Shown here piece after piece: positions 17,132 through 27,900 of a stretch of DNA of 64,000 nucleotides; position 1 is the stretch's first letter, and every line of letters starts with the position of its first letter. The DNA comes from an uncultured Bacteroidales bacterium. GTDB lineage: Bacteria > Bacteroidota > Bacteroidia > Bacteroidales > UBA1402. Where the stretch lies: contig CAYTIY010000001.1 in assembly GCA_964438045.1 (NCBI GenBank), positions 132-64,131 on the forward strand, read 5' to 3'. Below the pieces are notes generated by a model. That model searched no databases and was not told where the DNA came from. It worked only from the letters and a program-made list of their open reading frames with translations. A program made the position numbers and the translations under genes.

Positions 17132-17650
17132 TTAATTGTAACCCACGCTCACTTCAAAGTTGGCGCGGTATTCGCCTGGCGGCAGGTCAGGAGATGCGAT
17201 GATCAACTTGCCTCCTACAGTGAAATAGGCATCGGCAGTAATGATGCCTTTCAAGGCATTTTCACCGGCCGATGAGGGTCTTGCGACCAATTCTTCGATG
17301 ACAATCTGATTCCCGTCTTTTTCCAACGTGATATCAGCTGGTAATCCAATGTAATATTCGTAGTTGGGGGTACCTCTGACCTCAAAACGAGCAGGCTTCC
17401 ACCCTGACTCACCCACAGCAGTGACACCGGTGACTAAACGTTCTCCGGAAGGCTTCAGTTCCACAACGCCGGTGGTACCATTGGCCAAACGGCCGAAATT
17501 CAGATCCTCCACCTTTATCAGCTGAAGGATGTCCAGCACCATTGCTCTGGTTGTCGTATTAGCCGTAACCGCATGTTCGGCCTTCAAGAACCCTGAACAG
17601 AGAACCTGACCAACCAGAAAAAGGATGAAAAGAGGCAATCTATTCTTCAT
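17132..17650 (-). CDS. DUF4402/SCPU-like secreted fibre subunit paralog
   Basis: It has a signal peptide, the LNFGRLA motif, VVELKPSGERLVTG, ARFEVRG, and the C-terminus VGGKLIIASPDLPPGEYRANFEVSVGYN-stop. Confidence 0.65.
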   Translation of the reverse strand: MKNRLPLFILFLVGQVLCSGFLKAEHAVTANTTTRAMVLDILQLIKVEDLNFGRLANGTTGVVELKPSGERLVTGVTAVGESGWKPARFEVRGTPNYEYYIGLPADITLEKDGNQIVIEELVARPSSAGENALKGIITADAYFTVGGKLIIASPDLPPGEYRANFEVSVGYN

Positions 17651-17658
17651 TATTCAAT

Positions 17659-18195
17659 CTATTGATAGGCTACTGTCACGGAAAAACTCCCGCTGTATTC
17701 GCCTGGAACTTGGTTGGCACCAACCGTAAGGGTCGCCCCAACACTGAATGTGGCCTGACCTGCCGTGGAAAGCACTTCGGTGGAATTGTGCTCAAAATCA
17801 TTCACAGTCATTTTCTCCGTTCCACCGGAGCGGGTCAACTCCACCATACCGTCAGCCGGTAACGAAACATAAAAAGTTGCGTCGTTTTCGCCGCTGACGC
17901 TAAAAGGGGCAGCCGAAAAATCGGAGGAACTCAAGACTGAGATTCCTCCAGTGGCTGATCGTTCTTCGTCCGGGGTCACAGTCACCGTACCTACTGTGGT
18001 TGCGCGGGAAATCGTGCCAAAATTCATGGGCGTGGTTCCCGTGTTCTCCAACGAAATGGGTGCGATGATCTTGGCGTCGATGCCAATGCCGGCTTCGGTG
18101 GAGGCAACCTGGGCATGCAGCCTGCCAGACAACCCCAGGAGCACGAACACACCCAAGGCAAGTCGGCTGATTTGGTTCATTGTCTGATTACGCAT
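17659..18195 (-). CDS. DUF4402/SCPU-like secreted fibre subunit paralog
   Basis: It has a signal peptide, the MNFGTIS motif, VTVTPDEERSATGG, APFSVSG, and the C-terminus VGATLTVGANQVPGEYSGSFSVTVAYQ-stop. Confidence 0.65.
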   Translation of the reverse strand: MRNQTMNQISRLALGVFVLLGLSGRLHAQVASTEAGIGIDAKIIAPISLENTGTTPMNFGTISRATTVGTVTVTPDEERSATGGISVLSSSDFSAAPFSVSGENDATFYVSLPADGMVELTRSGGTEKMTVNDFEHNSTEVLSTAGQATFSVGATLTVGANQVPGEYSGSFSVTVAYQ

Positions 18196-18213
18196 ACCCG
18201 GTTTGTAACTTAA

Positions 18214-18834
18214 TTAGTTGTAAGCAACGATTACAGGGAACGTTCCGGTATAAGCACCGGCATTCTGATTTGCAGCAACAGAAAGCGTACCACCTACGGT
18301 AAACTTAGAGACGCCTGCTGCTGTCAGTGTGCCTGTTACAGCATCAGCAACATCATCAAGGTTGATTTTGAAAGCATTTAATGTCATTGTATTGGTGCCA
18401 GCACCACCCACTCCGGTCAACGTGACATCACTGGTGGGCAACGTAACCGTATAATGTGAACCACTTGTACCTGTAACCGTATACATGGCACAAGAAGCGT
18501 CAGTGCCAATCAAGTCAACCGTTCCAGTTGTCGAACGTGTTCCTACCTCATCAGCACCGGTTGGAGCAAGTACAACAGTACCACCCGTGTTGCCAGGAGT
18601 AACAGAACCAAAGTTCAAGGATGCTCCGCCAAAATCACCACCAGCAGTGTTAGTTTCAACACTCAAGGCATTGACTACATTAGCTTTGGCATCGGTGGCC
18701 TTACTTGTACCTTCAAATTGTGCAAATACACTCACGGGAATGGCCACGAAAGCGGCGACGATCAAAAGAGAAATGATAATCTTTTTCATAGTCGGTTTAA
18801 AATTAGAATTGTTATGATTTTGTTTATTATCCAT
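18214..18834 (-). CDS. DUF4402/SCPU-like secreted fibre subunit paralog; first of the array and candidate major subunit
   Basis: It has the LNFGSVT motif and the C-terminus VGGTLSVAANQNAGAYTGTFPVIVAYN-stop. ATGs occur at 18832-18834 and at 18787-18789 (MKKIIISLLIVAAFVAIPVSVFAQ), and either start is possible. Confidence 0.65.
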   Translation of the reverse strand: MDNKQNHNNSNFKPTMKKIIISLLIVAAFVAIPVSVFAQFEGTSKATDAKANVVNALSVETNTAGGDFGGASLNFGSVTPGNTGGTVVLAPTGADEVGTRSTTGTVDLIGTDASCAMYTVTGTSGSHYTVTLPTSDVTLTGVGGAGTNTMTLNAFKINLDDVADAVTGTLTAAGVSKFTVGGTLSVAANQNAGAYTGTFPVIVAYN

Positions 18835-18868
18835 TTTTCAAGTGGCCTGATGGCCTTTTTTTCTGATA

Positions 18869-18876
18869 CAAAGATA
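18869..18876 (-). promoter_or_regulatory. Candidate -7 promoter box (TATCTTTG) for the subunit gene array
   Basis: The plus-strand caaagata lies 34 nt upstream of the ATG at 18834. Confidence 0.4.
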
Positions 18877-18919
18877 CGGCGACCCATCCTATGGGTCATA
18901 GAAACAATAGCATCAGTAT

Positions 18920-18960
18920 GGATACAAGCCCCCGAACAAGAAGGATACAAAAAGGATACA
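18920..18960 (-). promoter_or_regulatory. Three direct GGATACA(A) repeats, including a 16-mer identical to one upstream of the giant gene (candidate activator site)
   Basis: ggatacaa occurs at 18920-18927 and 18943-18950, and ggataca at 18954-18960. The 16-mer aaggatacaaaaagga (18941-18956) is identical to 30279-30294. It lies 72 nt from the -7 box, versus 71 nt at the other promoter. Confidence 0.45.
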
Positions 18961-18979
18961 TAGGGCAACAAAGCAGGTA

Positions 18980-21900
18980 TCAATACACAACCTTCACATC
19001 GTACTTGGCAGTTTCTGAGCGCAATGAAACGATATAAACCCCGCGTTGTTTTAAGGATAACTCGAAGCGTTCACCACCGAACATAGAGTGTCTTTTGAGA
19101 ACCCGACCGCTCAAATCGTACACCATTAAGGTGTAATCATCCTTCAGTTTATTGAGATCAACCACCAAATTTTCACCCTTCACGAATATATCGGCCAGGC
19201 TGGGCTTGTCTTCGGGCTGAATGGAACCGTAGTGAAGGACAAATCGGTTGACAGGATTGGAGCTAGCAGCAGTGAAGGTATAAACAGGGAATTCAGCAAA
19301 ATCATGGAAAGTACCGGTCAGCTTGTCTTCCAGAATGACGGTGTTGGTCAACGCCGCATCAAAGCGGACTTGCAGGGTATAACGACCTTCAACACCGGGC
19401 TTGAAGGCCACGGGCGTCTTGCCGTTGGCTTCCGGGGTAGTCATACGACGAATGGTGTAAGGCTGATTCCTAAGCGGCAAATACAAGCTGGGGGCTGTTT
19501 GAACGTAGCTGAACAGTTTACCCGTTCCTTTATCATTGGTAGAAAACCCGAAAGACAGCTTGACCTCATCTTTACCCAAGCCATCCAACGATGCCACCGT
19601 CAACCGAACAGCACCGGACGCCGTTGCGTCTGATGAACGCAACCACGCACTGGCGGATTCGTGAACCCTGGCCTCGTTGGCAAAGCCCAGTTGACCGGCC
19701 GAAGCGGCTTTCACGAAGAAGCCTTGCATGGGGGCAATATACCTGGATGCGCTGAGGGTGCCCAGATCATCGGGCTCGATGGAATTGTAGACCCCATAAT
19801 TATTACTGATAGAACTCCACATCCACAGGTCGTAACCCCCGCTGGTGGCATCGAGAGCGGTGCGGGTCAAGCCGGAAGCGGCCTTCCAGTCAATGCTGCT
19901 GGGGTAGGGATTGCCGACGAGGTGGAAGCCGGACTGACTGCCGGCACCATCCTTGGTTAATGCATAATTGACAAGCCCGTTGTTGAGGTATCCCGAAAAG
20001 GCCGGTGTGGCGATGGAGTCGTATAAGGAATAGAGGTAACCGCGGCCAGGCACAAAGGTTGCCGATGGATGGGCCACTGTCCAGGTGGTGTAATCCGGTG
20101 TGGTTGTATTCAGGTTATAAATCCAGGAGGCAGAAGGTTCATCCCAGACAAACAAGTCATATGCGGTACCATCACCATACTGCCCCGCCGGAGTCCAGAC
20201 AGTACCTTGTATGGGTTGAGCTGCGACTGGCGTGGACAATAAATGCCAGGCCGCTGTATCTGTGGCCATTTCACCATTGATGTAACGACGTACGGTGGCG
20301 TAAATGCCGTCCTGGTTGCAGATGAACGAACCAGTACCCGAAGCCGTTGAGTTGATGACCAGGCCCGTCTCGCCGGCGTTGTTCACAACATTGGAAGCAA
20401 CGGTGAGGGCGCCACCACCATTGATGGTCACAACGGCACCCGCATAGATTACCAAGGTGGAGGCGGCTGCCTGCACTCCGTTGTTGATCAGGGGTTGGTT
20501 GATACGCTGGGGGATATTGGCCCTGATAAGCGATGTCGGTACATAGTGAGGCATCCAATTGCCCGGTTTGGACCAGTCCGTATCCAATGTTCCCGTCCAG
20601 TAATAACCGGAAAATTCCAGAGCACCCATGGTGGGGGGTGTGGCTCTGACCGTACCGACGTAGTCGATGTTGACCAAACCAGCCAAGGCATCCAGGGTAA
20701 CAGTCGGGGTATAGTCAACTGGCATGGTAGATCCCGGGAGAATAAAGTCCGGATTCAAATTAAGACTATTAAGATCTTGACCGGTTGCCGAACGCCAGGC
20801 AGCTATGGTAGACCTGTCTGTGGAGAGGCGGCCCAGAATACCGTTGACTCCACCGGCCCAGTAATCGTTGTAGTTGATGGTCAGACCCGACGTACCCGTC
20901 AATAAAATGGCGTAGTGTTTGCCCCCACCCGACCTGTGATTGGCCATTATATTGTTGCGAATGGTGTGTGTTCCGGTTGATTCGTTACCGAAGGCGTATG
21001 TGCTTGAGGAGGCGGCTGCAACCGTACCTCCTATGTATAACGTATTGTGGAAGATGGTCAGTGTCGAGTTGCTGGCGTTTTGTAAACCATACAGCGTCAT
21101 ACCCTTGGCCAGGCTGTCACCGATGGCGATGATGTTGTTGTACACCGAAGCCGTACCTTGTTGCATGGACATGCCATACACCACACTTTCAGGGGGAGCC
21201 AAGGGCAGCAGCATACGGTTGATAAAGTTGGTAGCCAACACGTTGGTACCACTGGTAGGACCTGCGTAGTACAGACCATATACATACACTTTGGCGGTAG
21301 ACGTATTCTGCATCTTGGAGATGGTATTGCCCGTCACTTGTTGACCAGCCGTGGTTGTTGACAACAAAAGACCAATAACGGGGGCGTTGGCACCCTGAGC
21401 TCCGTTGGCAGACCCTCCTGAGGTCAAATTGATCAAGGTATTGTTCTGAATGGTGTTGGAACCGGCGCCTATATACATACCCACCAGCTTGGAGGCCTTG
21501 ATGGTTTCAACGGTTTTGTTGCCGATGTTTGCCAAGGTATTCCCACTGAACACGTTGGTGCCAGTACCTAATGAATACAGACCATATACCAGTTGGTTGG
21601 TATTGTAAGCTTCAGAAGTGGCCTGCACACTGTTAGGAGTCGTGCTGCTCCCTATCACATTGTTGCTGACAGTAAGGTTTCCGGACACAGCCGCTTTAGA
21701 TATACCGTAGATATTTGTGGCGTTGGCTGGTGTGCTGTTGGCTGCCGTTACACTACCAACAGTGTTGTTGTTACAAGTGACCGTCCCTGAACCCTGTATA
21801 CGAACACCGTAGAAGGCAGCGTCCGAGCCGCTGTTCGTCAAGGTAATGCTACCCGTGCCCGTTGGTGCACCAAATACATTACCAGTCGTGGAGCCCACGT

Positions 21901-24900
21901 TTACTGTACCCCCGGCAACATGAACACCCACCATGTCGGCTGCCCCTGTATTGTTGAAATTGAAACCCCTGAATGTATTGCCTTGAAGGCTGGTTGCCGT
22001 GGCAGTGCTGACATTGAGGTAAACACCATAGAACGTGGTGGCCTGACCAATCTTTGACCAGGTCCCCACAGCACCGGGTGCTTGACCACCCAGGAAATTA
22101 TTGATCACTTGGAAGCCTTGTCCGGTTGTGTTGTCGATACGAATCAAGGCGTATTCGCAGGCAACAGGCACCGACTGGGTCAAGGTGTTGTAGATACTGT
22201 TGCCGGACACAGTAAAGTCTGTCGTATTGGTTGACAAATAAATTACATTGGAAGAAACACCTGGTATCAAGAGGTCAAAGAAGGCATTGTCTACTATCTG
22301 AGTAGCATTGTTGGTACGGCCTACTGTTCCAGCTGAGTACACAGCGTTGAGTGGACGTTCGCTGGAATTGAGTCCGGTGATTTGATTGTAGCGCACCACG
22401 TTGCCCACGTTACCGGTACCCGTAGATGAAGTACCTAAGTGAACAAGGCCTGTCGCTGTACCTTGACCCGCCCCTTTCAGGATACAATACTGCAAGGTGT
22501 CTTGTTGGGCCGACTCAGCCAGTTTGATGGTTGAAGCGTTGGTACCCGTGCTGATATTTGTAAACGTCAGGCCGGGGGTTGATCCAATGGCGTTTACGCG
22601 GCCGTCGATGGTCACTCGGTCAGCTCCTTGTAAAAGCACCAAGGGGGCGTTCATGGAGCCAGCAACTGCAATATTCTCCCTGGTCGCGTATACGCGGACC
22701 CGGCTGTAGGAAGGGCCACTTCCACTAGCCAGCAAGGAAGCTGTCGCCGTTTCGTAGGTGCTTTTTAAAATCTTGACAGTAATGTCGCCTGTCCAAGCCG
22801 AGGAATTGATGTCGTCAAACGCACTCTTCAGTGTCGTATAAGCTTCCCGTTTGGTGTTGTTCGTCCAGATTTCCACACAGAGGAAATACTCCCAGGCACC
22901 TATGGTGGGGGCCGTCATGCTGCGTTCACTAGCCCCAAAATCAGTCAGGACGCCGGCAGGTATGCCATCCAGCAAACCACCCGTTTTGTAATCCAAAGGC
23001 GAGTTGCCACCAGCGTTGAGTAGGCCAGGATTACTGGATATACTGGCTGCATCTTTCGAGGTTGCCAGCCTCCAAGCTGCAACCGTTGTGTAGTTGCTGG
23101 CGCCCAACCGCCCCAGCATATTCGTGCCCCCCGGTACATAGTAGTCGTTGCCGTTGATGGCCGACAAAGAAGATATACCGGACAATGAAATGGCGTAATG
23201 TCGGCTTGACGTGTTGCCTCCGGTGCGGGCGTTGTACAAGATATTGTTGAGCAAGTAAGAGGCTCCAACATCAGAATATTTAATAAATGCATAAGTCAAG
23301 GCTTGAGAACCTGTTCCATTCACCGTACCAGATAGATATACCGTGTTGTGGGCTATGGTATCGGAAAAATCGGTCACACCCAACTCGTAAATGCCGTAAA
23401 TCAGATTATATCCGGTGATATTGCCCCCAAGACTGATGACATTATTGACACAGGTGGAGGAACCATTTTGAAGCCAAATTCCTGAAATGGATGGGGATAC
23501 GCTTGCTGAGGCCAACGAAAGCCTGTCTACAAAATTACCTTTGATCTGAGCTGAACCTGTACCGGTCTTATAGATGCCGACAACCTGGTTGCCAGTGTTG
23601 TTGTACGTGGATGCGTTGTAGAGGTTGCTGACCGTGTTTCTTTCCACGATCCACTTGCCTGTCCCTTCATAACGGAGCGCGTCGAGTCGTTGCGCCTGGG
23701 AGGTGGCAGCACTGGTTGTTTGCACACTTTGAGTAGTGGTGTTGCTACCAACGGTGTTGTCGCTAACTGTAAGTTGAGCATTGCCCGTACCGTATATACC
23801 GTAGAAGTTGTGTGCGTAACCGGCCGAAGAGGTAACCGTAATGCCCCCCAGGGTGTTGTTGGATACGGCAACATCGCCGCCACCACCCACATAAATACCA
23901 GCAGAACTGGCGTTGGAGGCTGCCGATGTCACGATGATTTTACCGTTACCGGCCATGGCTCCGATGATATTGCCCCTTTCGGTGCCCAGATTTACCGATC
24001 CTCCCGTCACATAAAAGGCAGCAAATGGTTGGTTGGAAGCACTGACCACGTTCAGGTTGGTGACGGTATTGCCCTGGAGGCTGGAAACAGAATCCGTCCC
24101 CACATTCACTTGGAAAGCCGTAAAGGAAGCAGCCGCCGATGTTACCCCAACGTTCATGGTATTTCCCAAACCTTGCTCCAAGGTGCCACCCACGAAATTA
24201 TCAGCCACAATATGCCCACCTCCGGCGGTGTTGTTCAGGTTGACCGCCGAATAGATGTATGCCCCTGTCGGGGTGAAGGCTGTTGTTTCGTAGAAATGGT
24301 TGCCGGTCAACATCCAATAATCGGAGCCTGCTCCCAACATCACCATGTTGGCGCTGGAAGCCTGTCGCCAGGTGTCAACGAACGTATTGTTTGAAACGAA
24401 GTTGTCACTGTTCGTCCGCCCCGTTGTTCCTTGTGAAAGAAGGGCATTGTACGGTCTGAGGGTAGTGCTCAATCCGGTAAAACGGTTGTTGTTAATGATG
24501 TTGTTGTCGTTACCTTCACCGGTAGAAGCGGTTGAGATATGCAGGATGGCTGAAGACGTCCCCGAACCAGCACCACTCAAGAGGCAGTACTGTATCTTAT
24601 TTTGAGTCGCAGACTCACCAAGTCTGACAGTGTTGGCCGACGAGCCTGTATTTAGATTGGTCAAGGTTAAGTCAATGGTTGTTCCCACCGTGTTTACCCT
24701 ACCATCGAACGTGACATTGTCGGCCCCGTTTAACCGGATGATGTCACCGTTGAGGTTCCCCCTGACCACGACATTGCTTCTGATGGGATGAATCAAGACG
24801 CTGCTGTAGTTGGCTGAACCTGTTCCGCTGGCGTTCAGTTGGGCGGTAGCGGTTTCCAGGGTGCTACCTTTTAGTTTAATGGTCAGATCCCCTGTCCAAG

Positions 24901-27900
24901 TGCCAGCATTGATGGCATCGAAGGCATCTTTCAAGGTGAAGTAAGAGGAACGGTAGGTGCTGCCGTTGAGGACATCCACGGGGAAGCACTCCCAGGCCCC
25001 CATCGTCGGACTTCCGGCACTACGTGTCAACCCGCCAAAATCTGTCGAAACACCTGTTCCCGGAATCCCGTCAAGACCAATGTTGGTCTTGTAGTCGACA
25101 GGAAGGACGCCACCCATGTTGACAAACTGCGGATCCAGAATCAGGCTATGGGTATCTTGTCCCGCCATGGTTTCCAACCATTGTTGCAAGGTCACCAGAT
25201 TACCTGAATTGATGGTTGCAAAATAAGTACCTGACCAGCCGTAGTCATTGTAATCGATGGTCAGGTTGCTGGAACCGTGTAAGTACAAGGCATAATTGGA
25301 TCCTCCACCGGAACGGGTGTTGTAGAAAACGTTGTTGCGAATGTCGCGCTGAGCCGGAGTGCCGTCTGTCCTTTCCCTGAGCGCATAAGAGGTGGTGGTA
25401 CTGCCGTCAGACACGACACCGCCCAGGTGAATGGTGTTGTGGTAAAGATTGAACGCCTTGGGAGTATTTTTCAATATTCCGAAAATGTTGCAACCTTTTG
25501 AAATGCTGTCACCCATGAACACAATATTGTTAAAGGCTGACAAGGAGCCGGTAAAAGTTCCCGTCGTATTGTGTATAGAAATGCCATGGAGGTAACAAGT
25601 GGTGCTTTCGGACAGCATCTTGAACCCCTTTACGAAGTTGCCGGCCACTGTGTCGTTCCCACTTGAGGAAGGGGTCATGTAAATACCGTAGAACTCAACT
25701 TGTGACGTCGTGTTGCTCGTGAGTCGGCCGACCTGGTTTTGGACGATGTAGTGGGGATAGGCTGATGCATACACATGGATGCCCGTCATGGACACGTTGG
25801 TGTAATTGGCGCCGTTCGCTGAGCCGTTTGACGTCAGGTCATGGATGTTATTGCCGATGATACGGGATCGACCACTCAGCACATAGATGCCATAAGTCTT
25901 TGAACTGAGAGTGGTTTCGGTGGTGGCATTATAGACGTTGCCTACTGTATTACCTTGAATCAACACCAGGTCTGTCCCTTCTGAAAAAATGCCATACACC
26001 GTCTGCGATTGGCCGGTGGCGCTGCTGCTGACTAGTACACTCTCCGGTTTCGAAGGACTACCGATGTAGTTATTCCGTATGGTCAATGTGCCAGTTGTGG
26101 GGCCTTTATAAATAGCGTGGAAACTGTGGGCGTTGGCGTTGTTGGTTGAGGATGTGGTAATGGAACCAATCGTATTGTTGGCGATGACTGTGGAGGCTGT
26201 GTTGACGGCATATATACCATAAGATGTGGCCGAAGTCGCCGTGCTTGTCAGTTGGATGGAGCCTATGCCAACGGTGTCCCCTATGCTGTTGCCTGCAAGG
26301 GCGCCCACGTCCAGGCTGCCGTTATTGAGGTATATGCCGAAGAAAGGTGAAGTGGCCGAACTTCTGATAGCCAGGTTGCGAATGATGTTGCCATGTAACA
26401 ACGTGGGTGTTGTCGTACCTGTATTGATATAAATGGGGATAAAGGCCAGGCCTCTCAAAGTGCCACTGACTCCTATCTGCAGGGGGCTACCCAAACAAAG
26501 CATATCCTGACCACCGATTGCATTGCCGGACAGTTGAAATCCATGGCCTGAAGTATTTGACAAGTTGATACCGTAGTACGTATAATTGCCACCAGGCGTG
26601 AAACTAGTGGTCTCATACAGGCTATTACCGGACAGCACCCATCCTGATGTCCCCAACCCCAGGTTGACACCATAGGAAGTCGTTGTGGTGGACCAGGTGT
26701 CGTAGAGTTTATTGTGTAGCAGTATATGGCCCGTGTTGGTGCCACCGGCTGCGTACACAGCATTGACCCTGCGTGTGCCATTGTTGGTGATGTGACAACG
26801 CTCAACCATATTGGCGGTGTTGATGCCGGAAGCACCAAAATGGATGGTACCGTTGGTGCTGGATCCCCCTCCACCGCGCACGTAGCAGTAGCGGAGAGTG
26901 TCTTGTTGGGTCGAATTGTTGAACAGTACTGTGACCGCAGATGCACTGGTACTGGTGTTGGTCAGTGTCAACGAGGGCTCCGATCCTGTTGCGTCTACCC
27001 GACCATCCAAGGTGACGTTATCGGCACCGTTGAACGTAATCAGTGGAGCGTCCAGGTTGCCCGTCACCGTCAAATTGGCAATGGTGGGGTGTACCAGCAC
27101 CCGGGTGTAGCTTGCACTACCTGATCCGCTTGCATTGAGTGCTGCGGTGGCATTTTCCGAGGAATTGCCGATCAGCTTCACAGTCAGGTTGCCGGTATAG
27201 GTACCATCGTTGATCTTGTCGAAGGCCAATTTCAAGCGACGAAAACTGGCTTTGTAGATGCCATTTTGGTAAACCTCGACCGTGTTTAGGGCAGCCAATT
27301 CCCAAGCTCCGATTGTGGGCTCAGCCGGGCGTTCCGATCCATCATAGTCGGTGGTGGTGGTTCCTTCAGAATTGGTTGCAGTCAGTACTTCAGTGGGTAT
27401 ATAGGCTTCAGCGTAGGCACCCCCTTCCTCTTCAAACACGGGGTCGGCAGAAAGGCTGGTGGCATCCAAGCTTGCACCCGTCTGCCAGGACGACAAGGTC
27501 GTGTAGGTGTCGGTCGTATAGGTAGTGGCATTATAGGCCCAACCCAGGGCGCTGTTGGTGCCGGACACATACAGGTCGTTGTTGTTACTGACGACCCCAG
27601 ACGTCGTATTCAAAGCGATGGCCATATGTTTGCCCGTGCCTGTGCCCCCGGATCTATCGTTAATCAGCAGATTCCCCGATAGATTAATGTCGGTGCTCCA
27701 ACCATCTTTGTAGAAGGCAACTGAATTGGCGTTAGTGCCTGTAGTGGTACCGTAAATATAAACCGTGTTGTGCAGATAGGTCTCCGACGCACCGCTTTTG
27801 CTGAGTATGCCGCAAATGGTATAGTTCTTGCCATCCAACCCCTCACCCAGTGATATCACATTATTGTACGCCGACAAGGGGCCTGCCCCCCAGTGATAAG

